DNA from: Myxococcales bacterium
GTDB taxonomy: Bacteria; Myxococcota_A; UBA9042
NCBI GenBank assembly: GCA_037441385.1
Contig: JBBISH010000003.1
Span: 47,192-111,191, forward strand
Direction: 5' to 3'
DNA: 64,000 nucleotides
Part shown: positions 47,724-56,938 of the stretch, piece by piece
How the letters are laid out: each line of letters opens with the position of its first letter
Numbering within the stretch: the first letter of the stretch is position 1
Program-made: the position numbers and the translations under genes
The notes under the pieces: model-generated
What the model was told of the DNA's origin: nothing
What the model saw: only the letters and a program-made list of their open reading frames with translations
The model's database searches: none

Positions 47724-50225
47724 ATGTGGGCTGCGGTGGGGATCCTGCTTTGGCACGCGGCCGCGACACCGGCTTGGGCGGTGGCTGCGCACGCGCGGGC
47801 CAAGAGTGGCAAGACAGCGGCCGCCAAGGCCGTGCCAACCAAGGCAGCCAAGCCGGCGAGTGCAAAGGGGAAGCCGGCCACTAGCAAGACGTCTGGCGGC
47901 GCGACTGCCAAGAACTCGGGCACAAAGCCGAAACCAGGCAAGGCCAAGGCGGCGGGGAGCGGCAAAAAGGTCAAGGCCGGCAAGACCAAGACGCCCAAAG
48001 TCCCGGCGCACGCGGCGCGAGTGGTGCCCAGCCAAAAACGCAGCCAAGACGGTCGGTCGCACCACGACCACCGCGCCAAATGGGCGCAATTGCACGAACT
48101 GATTCAGCGCTTTCGCGTTGGGGCGTTGGCGGGACTAGACGGCAAGTTGCGCGGCCTGATCGACGGCGCCCAAGGCGATGTGGCACTGGCGGGTTCGCTG
48201 GTGCTGGCACGCACGCAAGCGAGCCTTCGGACTGGTGATCTTGGTGTCCAGGCCTTGGAGGACGCCAAGCCGCTGCGCCAAGCCCTGCCGGCCAGTTGGG
48301 ACTGGGCCCAGATCGAGGTGGACTACGCTGCCGGTCATTTCGGCCAAGCCCTGGAGCACATGCGCGAGTTCCGTAAACAATACGGTGATTTTCGCTGGGC
48401 GGCCGCCGATCTTCTTTATAGCCGGCTTGCCGAGCGGGTCGCGCCCCCCCAAGAGGTCGCGGAGATTGCCCTGGCGCTCTACGAGAAATCGGCGCTGCAC
48501 CTGCCCCGCGACGAGCTGCTGGCGCGCGCGGCCCGGGCCAGCGAGCAGATCGCCGGCCCCAAAGCCATGGGACTATGGCGAAAACTGCTTCTGCAACACC
48601 CAGAGAGCGAGTTCGTCGCCGAAGCCGCGAGCCACGTTGACGTGTCAACCTTGACCGACCCCGAGAACTACGACCGCATGGCGTTGCTGTTTGCGCGCCG
48701 CGCGTACGAGCGCTGCCGCGAGGTCGGAAAGCCCTTGTGGTTCAAGGGATATCGGCTAAGCGAGGTGGGCTACTACCTGGGCAAGATCGGCTCGGAGCGG
48801 CTGCGCGACGACTACCCGGGGGCGGCGGACTACTTGCAGGCGGCCAGTGTGGTCGACGCTCCCCATGCGGCCGCAGCCCTGTCGTCGTATGCCCTGGTGC
48901 TGGGCAAGCTGGGGCGTTTTGACGAGTCGATCGCCAAGTACGACGAATGGCTGCAGCGCTACCCCGCGGTGGGCAACGAGCGCCGGGTCGAACTGCACTA
49001 CGATCGCGCCCGCATGCTGCACGTTTCGGGCAAAAGCCTGCAGGCGGCCGAGGACATGGCCAAGGCGCTCGCGGCCGATGATCGCGGGATCGACGTGGGC
49101 AAGTATCAGTGGTTCGTAGGCTTTTGGTACTACCTGGGCAAGGACTACGGCCGCGCGCTCGAAGCGATGAAACCGCTGCTGGCCAACCCCAACCCGCTGG
49201 TGGGCGGCAAGGCCAACTACTGGACGGCCAAGGCCCTGGATCGCCTGGACCGCCGCGACGAGGCGGTGACGACACTGGACGGGCTGCTGCGGCGCTACCC
49301 CCTGACCTACTACAGCGCCTTGGGCGAGCGGCTCTTGGTCGATTGGGGCAAGGTCGATCACGTGCCCAAAGCTCAGGATTTCTCAAAGGTGATCGATGCC
49401 GCGCCCGATCCGTTTGCCGATCTGGCCGCCGATCCGCAGCTGGACCAGTTGCGCCTGGCCTGCGCGGTGGGCGAGCCCGACAGTTGCCAAGTCGCTTGGG
49501 ACGCGGCCGAAAAGAACCTGCGCAAGCTGCTGGGCGACGACGCGGTGCAAAAACTCCAACGCGAACTGGCCGACCCGCTCGAGCGCTACGCCGATGCGCG
49601 CGAAGAGGCGCTGCGGCAGAACGGCCATGTTTTGCTCAAGTTGCCCACGACCCAGACGCTGGCGGACTGGCGTGCCATCTACCCGCGCGCGTTTGCCACC
49701 CATACGGCCGCGGCAGCCAAGCGGTCGGGCGCGCCCGAGTGGATGATCTACGCCCACATGCTGCAGGAATCGCGCTACAAACCCTGGCTGATCTCGGGGG
49801 CGCCCGCGTACGGGCTGCTGGAGCTGCTGGACCGCACGGCCGCGCGCCTGGCCAAAGAGGCGGGCGACGACTACCAGCTGTGGATGCTGATGCAGCCGCG
49901 CTACAACATCGCGTGGGGCGGCCGCTATCTGGGCGCACTTTATCACAAATTCCACAAGCAGCTGCCGTTCGCCATCGCCAGCTACAACGGCGGGCCAATG
50001 CTGATGGAGTACCACCTGGGTGTGCAAAAGCGACTGCGGCGCGATTTTGACGAACTGATCGACGACCTGGGCCCGCACGAAAGCCGCAATTACGTGCGCA
50101 TGGTCATCGGCTGGTTCTTGCGGTACTTGGCGATCTACGAGAGCCCGAAACGGGCCGCCGAACTGCGCGACGAGCTTCTGCCGCGGCAGTGGTCAGCGGA
50201 ATTTGAACCCGAACCGAATTACTGA
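47724..50225 (+). CDS. slt: Soluble lytic murein transglycosylase (Slt70-like) with Lys/Ala/Pro-rich N-terminal region
   Basis: Signal peptide MWAAVGILLWHAAATPAWA. Lys/Ala-rich segment (AKSGKTAAAKAVPTKAAKPASAKGKPATSK…), superhelical repeat region, and C-terminal SLT domain with catalytic Glu …YAHMLQESRYKP…AIASYNGGP…. Confidence 0.8.
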   Translation: MWAAVGILLWHAAATPAWAVAAHARAKSGKTAAAKAVPTKAAKPASAKGKPATSKTSGGATAKNSGTKPKPGKAKAAGSGKKVKAGKTKTPKVPAHAARVVPSQKRSQDGRSHHDHRAKWAQLHELIQRFRVGALAGLDGKLRGLIDGAQGDVALAGSLVLARTQASLRTGDLGVQALEDAKPLRQALPASWDWAQIEVDYAAGHFGQALEHMREFRKQYGDFRWAAADLLYSRLAERVAPPQEVAEIALALYEKSALHLPRDELLARAARASEQIAGPKAMGLWRKLLLQHPESEFVAEAASHVDVSTLTDPENYDRMALLFARRAYERCREVGKPLWFKGYRLSEVGYYLGKIGSERLRDDYPGAADYLQAASVVDAPHAAAALSSYALVLGKLGRFDESIAKYDEWLQRYPAVGNERRVELHYDRARMLHVSGKSLQAAEDMAKALAADDRGIDVGKYQWFVGFWYYLGKDYGRALEAMKPLLANPNPLVGGKANYWTAKALDRLDRRDEAVTTLDGLLRRYPLTYYSALGERLLVDWGKVDHVPKAQDFSKVIDAAPDPFADLAADPQLDQLRLACAVGEPDSCQVAWDAAEKNLRKLLGDDAVQKLQRELADPLERYADAREEALRQNGHVLLKLPTTQTLADWRAIYPRAFATHTAAAAKRSGAPEWMIYAHMLQESRYKPWLISGAPAYGLLELLDRTAARLAKEAGDDYQLWMLMQPRYNIAWGGRYLGALYHKFHKQLPFAIASYNGGPMLMEYHLGVQKRLRRDFDELIDDLGPHESRNYVRMVIGWFLRYLAIYESPKRAAELRDELLPRQWSAEFEPEPNY

Positions 50226-50234
50226 GCGGGCCAG

Positions 50235-51782
50235 CTACTTCTGCAGGCTGCAGTAGCTCGGCCAGCTGTCGCCCAGGCTGCTGACGAAGGGCGAAGCCTC
50301 GCCCAACTTGTGCGCGAGCAGGAACTTGGCCGCGTAGGCGCCGCCCTCTTTGGGCCACTCGTGCTTGGTGCCGTGGTTGCAGGCGACGACCACGTGGCCC
50401 GAGCCCTTCAGGCTCTCGATCAACGACTTGGCCATCTTGTCGAAGTTCTGCTCGTAGGCAAAGTCGTCCACACCGCCCCAGCTGACGACAAACGGCACGT
50501 TGCCCGACTTGGTGGGCCAGGCGTGCAGGTAGCCGCCCGAGAACGGCGTCGCCGCGGCCACCACATCGCTCTTGTGGATGCCCAGGAAGGTCGACATCAG
50601 GCCGCCGCCCGACATGCCGGTCACGTAGATGCGCTTGGTGTCAAACTTGTACTGCGCGCCGGCGCACTTGAGCAGATCGTCAAAGAACACTAGGTCGGGG
50701 TTGTCGTTCTTGAACAGCGGCGAGCCGTAGTACCAGTCGGTCTTCAGCACGGCCTTGCCCGAAGCGGCGCGCTCGGAGCGGGGCGCGATCAGGATGAACG
50801 GCGTCTTCTGCTGCTCGGCAGTCAGGAAGCTGTCGTCGATCATCGAGCCCGGCTCGCCACCCACGCCGTGGTACAGGAAGATCACCGGCAGACCGGTCAC
50901 ATCGCTGACATCTTTGGGCAGCTGCACGATGTAGGTACGGCTGCGCTCGGCGCTGGTCATGGTGTTCTCGCCGGGCAGGAGAGCCGGGCAAGTCGCGATG
51001 CCGGTGTAAGTCTTGGCGGTGTTGCCTTCGCAGCTGGACTCGGGCGGATCGGTTTGCGTGCCGAACTCGACGGCCTTGAACTTGCTGCCGGTCAGCTTGA
51101 CGCCAAAGTCGGGAACGTTGCCTTCCAAGTCGCCGCAGAACGAATTGAGGCCCGTGAACTTGCCGGTCATGATTAGGCTCAGCTTGACGTCGGTGTCGGT
51201 GGGCGAGCCCTTGGCCGGTAGCACCACGTCGCCAAAGTCGATGGTGAACGAGCCATCGGCCTTGACGACCACGTCGCACGCTGCGGCCATGATGTCCGTG
51301 ACTTCCTTGGTCTTACCCGAAACGGCGCGCAGGGTGATCAGCTTCATCACGCCGCCGCCATCGGCGGTCTGATGGCCGACGATGCTGGCCTTGAAGAACA
51401 GCTGCAAACCGCCGAACGGCGCGGCCTGGGCAGCCAGGAACAGGCCTTGCGGCGGGGTCAATTTGTCGTCGCCAGCCACCGCCGCGGCCTCGTCGGCGTA
51501 CTTGCCGCACCACTTGGTGGGCCCGGTGGCGGTGTCGGCGCTGGTCGTGTCGCCGCCCGCAGTGTCGGCGCCGGTCGTGTCGGCGCCGGTCGTGTCGGCG
51601 CTGGTGGTGTCGCCGCTGGTGGTGTCGCCGCCTTTGGCGTCGGTGCCGCTGGAACTATCCGAGCTAGCGTCGGTTTTGCTGGTCGTGCTGGTGGTGGTTC
51701 CGGCGTCGCTGCCACAGGCGGCCAAGGCCAGCGCCAGACCGGCGCTCAAGAAACCGCAGGAAATTCGGGTACTAAGCTTCAT
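50235..51782 (-). CDS. Esterase lipoprotein, PHB-depolymerase/feruloyl-esterase-like alpha/beta hydrolase
   Basis: Start MKLSTRISCGFLSAGLALALAAC (lipobox), then a Ser/Thr/Asp/Gly-rich linker. Catalytic region …VIFLYHGVGGEPG… with nucleophile elbow GMSGGG. Confidence 0.75.
   Translation of the reverse strand: MKLSTRISCGFLSAGLALALAACGSDAGTTTSTTSKTDASSDSSSGTDAKGGDTTSGDTTSADTTGADTTGADTAGGDTTSADTATGPTKWCGKYADEAAAVAGDDKLTPPQGLFLAAQAAPFGGLQLFFKASIVGHQTADGGGVMKLITLRAVSGKTKEVTDIMAAACDVVVKADGSFTIDFGDVVLPAKGSPTDTDVKLSLIMTGKFTGLNSFCGDLEGNVPDFGVKLTGSKFKAVEFGTQTDPPESSCEGNTAKTYTGIATCPALLPGENTMTSAERSRTYIVQLPKDVSDVTGLPVIFLYHGVGGEPGSMIDDSFLTAEQQKTPFILIAPRSERAASGKAVLKTDWYYGSPLFKNDNPDLVFFDDLLKCAGAQYKFDTKRIYVTGMSGGGLMSTFLGIHKSDVVAAATPFSGGYLHAWPTKSGNVPFVVSWGGVDDFAYEQNFDKMAKSLIESLKGSGHVVVACNHGTKHEWPKEGGAYAAKFLLAHKLGEASPFVSSLGDSWPSYCSLQK
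51535..51640. repeat. About 15-nt tandem DNA repeats (GGTCGTGTCGGCGCC-like) encoding the TTSADTTGADTTGAD linker of the esterase
   Basis: Seen directly; coding low-complexity on the minus strand. Confidence 0.6.
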
Positions 51783-51879
51783 CGTCGTGTTCCATGCAAA
51801 GGGGGTGGTGCCGCAAAGGCTACAGGCCACGGCGGGTCCGCGCAAGTCAGAAGGCGCGCGATCGCGACAGAGGTGCGGC

Positions 51880-52923
51880 GACTTTGCTATGCTGGCCACG
51901 GAGGTGTGGATGCTAGGGCGCGTGCGGATTGTGCTGGGCGGCTTCGCCTTGCTCTTGGTCTGCGTGGGGCTGACGGGCTGTGCCGGCTCGTCGGGGAGCA
52001 GCGACACGGGCAACGCCAGCGATGCCAAGACGGCCGATTTGCCGGGCGACGTGACCGACACGACTCCCCGCGTGCTGGTGGGCGGCGCCGACGATGGCGG
52101 CAACGGGTTCATCGACTGGGCCAGCGGCACCTACCCGGCCACGGTCATCCACGGCCCGCAAGGCGGCCAGCACATCTGGGTCAGCGCCAAGACTAGGAAC
52201 TTGTTCCCCAACAAGGCGCGGATCTCGGTCACGATGTACCTGGAAACGCCCGGCGCCGCCGAAGAAGTGGTCAAACCGGGCACGACCACCGTGACCGGCA
52301 CGCTGAAGGCCTTTCCCGCCCCGCCCGAACTGCCCAGCGAGTGGCTCATCTACGCTGGCCTGCCGGCCTTTGTCAGCCAACCCTGCAAACTGGCCCAACA
52401 AAAGGTGCGGGTCCAGGTCGAGGTCAGCGACCTCTACGGGGTACTGGCGAGCAACAAGGCCTGGATTCGCCCCAAGTGGACGTTTATGCCGTGCGTGGTG
52501 GCGATGGGGGTGGCGGCGGACGGCAAGAGCCCGCAACCGTGGCCGTTCTTCCCGGACGAGGGCGCCAAGCCGGCCCTGGTGGCTGCGCCCAGCGGCGGAG
52601 CGGAATTCCAAGTTGGCGTGCGGACTTTGGGCCTAGCGCCGGCCGCCCCGATGGTGGCGGTCACGCTGATGACCATGCCCACGGACAACACGGAAGGCCA
52701 GATTCTGCCGCCGGGCCGCACGGCGGTGACGACCAGCGCCATCGCGGATCCGCTTGGCGTGGCAGGTTGGTCCGGCCTGGCGGCGGTAAAGGTGCCGGTG
52801 GCGAACCCCTGCCAGGCCAAGAATCAGCGGCTGCGGCTGGTGGTCGAAGTGGCCGACGGGGACAAGCCGTTGGGGTCCGGGCAATCGATCGTCTTGCCCA
52901 GCTGGGGTGGCACGTGTCCGTGA
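51880..52923 (+). CDS. Lipoprotein with duplicated uncharacterised ~130-aa module
   Basis: Signal peptide with lipobox LTGC. Module 1 is GNGFIDWASG…GPQGGQHIWVSAKT…PAFVSQPCKLAQQKVRVQVEVSD…WIRP; module 2 ends …PVANPCQAKNQRLRLVVEVADGD…. Confidence 0.55.
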   Translation, partial: DFAMLATEVWMLGRVRIVLGGFALLLVCVGLTGCAGSSGSSDTGNASDAKTADLPGDVTDTTPRVLVGGADDGGNGFIDWASGTYPATVIHGPQGGQHIWVSAKTRNLFPNKARISVTMYLETPGAAEEVVKPGTTTVTGTLKAFPAPPELPSEWLIYAGLPAFVSQPCKLAQQKVRVQVEVSDLYGVLASNKAWIRPKWTFMPCVVAMGVAADGKSPQPWPFFPDEGAKPALVAAPSGGAEFQVGVRTLGLAPAAPMVAVTLMTMPTDNTEGQILPPGRTAVTTSAIADPLGVAGWSGLAAVKVPVANPCQAKNQRLRLVVEVADGDKPLGSGQSIVLPSWGGTCP

Positions 52924-52931
52924 GCCGCAAG

Positions 52932-53414
52932 ATGTGGCCTCTTTTCGCCGCTTTGGCCGTGGGTTGCGCGAGTTCCACGGGCACGGCCGAGGACCCGCTG
53001 CTGGTCCAGGTCGGCGGCGCCAGCCCAAGCGGCAACGGTTTTGTCGACTGGTCAACCCTGGGTACCGGCGCCGCGATCATCACCGGCATCCAAGGCGGCC
53101 AGCACATTTGGGTCAGCGCCCGCGCCAAGCTGGCGGGTGCTACCACGCTCGACGTGGCCGTCACGATGTACCGCGAGGCCACCGGCGGGCAAGCCGAAGC
53201 GATGGTCAAGCCCGGCACGGTCGAAATCCAGCGCAAAGCCGAAACGGATGGTGCGTGGCAAGTACTGGCCGGCGTCCCGGCTTTTGTCAAGGAACCCTGC
53301 AAGATCCGCGAGCATCGCGTGCGGGTTGAAGCCGTGGTGCGGACGGGCGACGGGCGCACGGCCGCAGCCAAGGCGTGGATCACGCCGCATTTCGACGGCT
53401 ACTGCGATCCGTGA
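52932..53414 (+). CDS. Lipoprotein, single-module paralogue of the upstream gene
   Basis: Lipobox LAVGC. GNGFVDWSTLG…GIQGGQHIWVSARA…PAFVKEPCKIREHRVRVEAVVRTGDG…WITPHFDGYC parallels module 1 of 51880-52923. Confidence 0.55.
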   Translation: MWPLFAALAVGCASSTGTAEDPLLVQVGGASPSGNGFVDWSTLGTGAAIITGIQGGQHIWVSARAKLAGATTLDVAVTMYREATGGQAEAMVKPGTVEIQRKAETDGAWQVLAGVPAFVKEPCKIREHRVRVEAVVRTGDGRTAAAKAWITPHFDGYCDP

Positions 53415-53469
53415 TCGGCCTGCCCACAGGGCGTCCACATTGGCACGGGAGTTGCGGTCGGCAGTTCAG

Positions 53470-55170
53470 CTACGCCGGCCCTTCAGCAAGGTGGGGGGGC
53501 ACGGCCGGGGCTTCGCTCCAAACTGCCACTTCGGCGGCCACGGCAGGCGGCGCGACCTGCTGGCGGACCGGCACGGCGTCCATGGCGTGCTCGGCCAAAG
53601 CCGTGATGGTCAAGCTGGGATTGACGCCCAAATTCGCCGGAATCACCGAGCCATCGCAGACGCGCAAGCCGTGGTAGCCGTGCACGCGCTGCTGGGCATC
53701 CACCACGCCCTGCCCGGGCGCGCCGATGGCGCAGCCGCCCAAAATGTGGGCCGTGGTCGGCACATCCAGCAGCACTTCGTTGATGGCGGACATGGGCACG
53801 CCGCTGGTCTTTTCGGCCAGGCGGCGGGCGACGCGATTGCCCACGGGGATGTAGGTCGGGTTGGCCGATTTGCCCGCCGGCAGTTGTGTGCGCAAGGACT
53901 TGGCAAAGGGCCACCACCAGCGGCGCTTCCACACCGCGGTCAGCGAGTTGTCGAGCGTCTGCATCACCAGCAAGATGATGCCGTGCTTGGCCCAGCCGAA
54001 CTTCCAGCAGGTCTTGGCGAACTGGATCGGATGGGCGAACACAGTCCCAACCCAGCGCAAAGCCCGGGGAATCTTGCCGCCACCGTCGGTGAGCAGCGTG
54101 GCCAACAGGCTCAAAGCGTCGTGCCCTTCGCCATAGCGCACCACCTCGATGTGGGTGTGATCGTCAAAAAACGCGCCCGAAGTGATCGCCACACCCTTGC
54201 TGAAGTCCTCGCCGTTCGAGCTGCCCATCGCGCCGCAGATGGCTTCGCTGTTGGTGCGCAGTTGGTGGCCCAGTGTCGCCGGCAGGTCAGGTAAATCGCC
54301 GCAGTCCTTGGACTTCATTAGCAAAGGCAGCGTACCCAACACGCCGCCCGCGCAGACCACCTCGCGGGCGCGCAGTCGAGTGGTGCGGCCAAGCCAACGC
54401 GCCACGCCGATCGCGGGCCGGATTTCCACCTCGTAGCCGTCTTCGCCGCGGCGAGCCGGACCGCCAAGGCAACGCAGCGCCGTGACCAGCGACTCGGGCC
54501 GAACTTGAGCGCCCAGACGCTCGGCCAAGTACAGGTAATTTTTGTCCAACGTGTTCTTGGCGCCGTGTTTGCACCCCGTCATGCAAGCGCCGCACTGGTG
54601 GCAGCCCGTACGGTCCGGGCCGACACCGCTAAAGTACGGATCGGCCACCGTGCGACCGGGTTCGCCAAAGAACACACCGACATCGGTAGCCTTGAAGGTG
54701 TGCTCGCGGCCCATCTCGACCGCCACTTCGCGCAGCAACCGGTCGGCCGGGCCAAACACCGGGTTGGGCACCGCCCCCAGCATCAGCTTGGCCCGCTGGT
54801 AGTAAGGCGCCAATTCTACTTGCCAATCCGGCGAGAGGCTGGCCCATTGCGGGTCCGTGAAGAACGGCTTGGGCGGCACCAGCAACGTGTTCGCGTAGAC
54901 CAGCGAACCGCCGCCCACGCCCACGCCCGACAGCACCAACACGTCGTCTAGCAAGGTGATCTTCAGGATGCCGACGCAATAGGCCAGGGGCGCCCACAGC
55001 GAACGGAACAAGTTCCAGTTGGACTTGGGAAAATCCTTGGCGGCCCAGCGCTTGCCGCGCTCGACCACGATCACCTTGTAGCCTTTTTCGCTGAGCCGCA
55101 GGGCCGACACCGACCCGCCGAAGCCCGAGCCGATTACCAGTACATCGCAATCGAACCGCGCTTCTTCCAT
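53470..55170 (-). CDS. GMC-family FAD-dependent oxidoreductase (cholesterol oxidase/choline dehydrogenase-like)
   Basis: Start MEEARFDCDVLVIGSGFGGSVSALRL (FAD GxGxxG); start verified on the minus strand. C-terminal GMC region with …H..G.c.MG…. Confidence 0.85.
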   Translation of the reverse strand: MEEARFDCDVLVIGSGFGGSVSALRLSEKGYKVIVVERGKRWAAKDFPKSNWNLFRSLWAPLAYCVGILKITLLDDVLVLSGVGVGGGSLVYANTLLVPPKPFFTDPQWASLSPDWQVELAPYYQRAKLMLGAVPNPVFGPADRLLREVAVEMGREHTFKATDVGVFFGEPGRTVADPYFSGVGPDRTGCHQCGACMTGCKHGAKNTLDKNYLYLAERLGAQVRPESLVTALRCLGGPARRGEDGYEVEIRPAIGVARWLGRTTRLRAREVVCAGGVLGTLPLLMKSKDCGDLPDLPATLGHQLRTNSEAICGAMGSSNGEDFSKGVAITSGAFFDDHTHIEVVRYGEGHDALSLLATLLTDGGGKIPRALRWVGTVFAHPIQFAKTCWKFGWAKHGIILLVMQTLDNSLTAVWKRRWWWPFAKSLRTQLPAGKSANPTYIPVGNRVARRLAEKTSGVPMSAINEVLLDVPTTAHILGGCAIGAPGQGVVDAQQRVHGYHGLRVCDGSVIPANLGVNPSLTITALAEHAMDAVPVRQQVAPPAVAAEVAVWSEAPAVPPHLAEGPA

Positions 55171-55186
55171 GTGGGCTCCTGGGCGG

Positions 55187-56908
55187 CTACTTCCCCTCGC
55201 TGGCCTTGGTGTCCGGGGCCTCGCCGTGGGCGATGTAGGCGCGCGCGTGTTTCCAACCGTAGTACTTCGTCGCGTAGTCCAGCACCATGCGCCGCGCCGA
55301 GAACTGGGGCGCCGTGGCGACCGCAGCCATCTGCATCTTCCGCCAGGCGGCCTTCTCGCCATAATACGTTGGAAGCACGCGCTGTTCCAGGGCACTATAC
55401 AGGGCCTCGGCGTCGCGATCGTCGTCGCGGACCTCTTCGTCTTGGCCGATCGCCCAGCCGTTCCAGCCGTCGACGCAGCCCTCGGCCCACCAGCCGTCCA
55501 GCACGCTCAGGTTGGGCACGCCGTTCAGCGCCGCCTTCATGCCCGAGGTTCCGCAGGCCTCCAGCGGACGGACAGGGTTGTTCAACCACACATCCACGCC
55601 GGCGGTCAGCTTGTGCCCCAGCCACATGTTGTAGTTGGTCAAGAAGCCGATCCGCAGCTCGCCGCGCAGCTTGTGCGACATGGCCAGGATGTCGCGGACC
55701 AGCTTGCGGCCCTCGCCGTCCTTGTCGTGCGCCTTGCCGGCAAACAGGATCTGCAGCTTGCCGCCCGCCAGGCCGATCAAGCGGTCCAGGTTGCGGAAGA
55801 CCAGGTTGGCGCGCTTGTAGCTGGCCATGCGCCGGGCAAAGCCAATGGTCAGCACGTCGGGGTCAAAGCCCAGCTGGGTCATGCCGTTGGCGTACTCCAG
55901 CAGTTCCATCTTGGCGCGGCGGCGGGCGCGGGTGAACGCCTCTGGGTCCACACCGCCAATGTGGTGCAGCACTTCGTGGTTGTCGCGCCAGCCGTGCAGG
56001 TGGTAGTCGAACAGCGCACCCATTTCCGGCGCGACCCAGGTGTCGAAGTGCACGCCGTTGGTCACCGCCTCGATCTCCAACGGCGCCGGGCGACCTTCGC
56101 TGAGGTGCGCCGAGGTGAACAGCGGATTGGCCACGCGCGCGTTGATCACCGACACGCCGTTGACGTGGTCGGCCAGCGAGGCGGCCAGCCACGCCATGTT
56201 TAGCGTCTCGGCCCCGCCCAAGTGCGCGACTTTGGGCGGCACGTGCAGGCCCACGATACGCTGGACATCGCGGTGATCAAAGCGATCGAAGCCCGCTGGC
56301 ACCGGCGTGTGGGTGGTAAAGTGAACGCGCTTGCGCGTCTCGGCCACCGAACCGATGTCCTTGAGCATCGCCGCCGCGAACAGCGCGGTGTGGCCTTCGT
56401 TCAGGTGCGCGTACAGATCCTCGTTGTAGCCCAAAGCCTTGATCGCCTCGTAGCCGCCCAGGCCCAGCACGGCTTCTTGGCGAAGGCGGTTCAGCACGTC
56501 GCCGCCGTACAGCAGGTTGGACACCGGGCGCCACACGGGCGAGTTGCCTTCGACGTCGGTGTCCAAGAACAGCACGGGCACGCCATGGCCGTGGCGACCG
56601 CGCACCCACCGGCGCCAGATCTTGATGCGCACGATCTCGGCCTCGAGTTCAAGCTGCACAACCGTGCCCGTGTCCTCCAGCACATCGGCCGGATCACAAA
56701 GCGGAAAGTCCAGGTGCTGCTCGCCGTAGACGTCGACCGACTGCATGCCATAGCCCTGCTTGTAGAACAGGGTCACGCCGATCAACGGCAGTCCGACATC
56801 GGCCGCGGCCTTGACATGATCGCCGGCCAAGACGCCCAGGCCGCCGGAATAGGTAGGAACTGCCGTGGTGAGACCGATTTCGGCGGTGACGTATGCAATA
56901 TGCCTCAC
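55187..56908 (-). CDS. glgP: Alpha-glucan phosphorylase (GT35, short 'alpha-glucan family' type)
   Basis: N-terminus MRHIAYVTAEIGLTTAVPTYSGGLGVLAGDHVKAA… and PLP-binding region …ACGTSGMKAALNGVPNLSVLDGWW…. Confidence 0.9.
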   Translation of the reverse strand: MRHIAYVTAEIGLTTAVPTYSGGLGVLAGDHVKAAADVGLPLIGVTLFYKQGYGMQSVDVYGEQHLDFPLCDPADVLEDTGTVVQLELEAEIVRIKIWRRWVRGRHGHGVPVLFLDTDVEGNSPVWRPVSNLLYGGDVLNRLRQEAVLGLGGYEAIKALGYNEDLYAHLNEGHTALFAAAMLKDIGSVAETRKRVHFTTHTPVPAGFDRFDHRDVQRIVGLHVPPKVAHLGGAETLNMAWLAASLADHVNGVSVINARVANPLFTSAHLSEGRPAPLEIEAVTNGVHFDTWVAPEMGALFDYHLHGWRDNHEVLHHIGGVDPEAFTRARRRAKMELLEYANGMTQLGFDPDVLTIGFARRMASYKRANLVFRNLDRLIGLAGGKLQILFAGKAHDKDGEGRKLVRDILAMSHKLRGELRIGFLTNYNMWLGHKLTAGVDVWLNNPVRPLEACGTSGMKAALNGVPNLSVLDGWWAEGCVDGWNGWAIGQDEEVRDDDRDAEALYSALEQRVLPTYYGEKAAWRKMQMAAVATAPQFSARRMVLDYATKYYGWKHARAYIAHGEAPDTKASEGK

Positions 56909-56938
56909 GAGATATACTCCTTGTTGCTTGCGAACTTG

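Noticed and set aside
55169-56203. 344-aa + strand ORF (and 55171-55935)
   Set aside because: It is antisense to the alpha-glucan phosphorylase gene.
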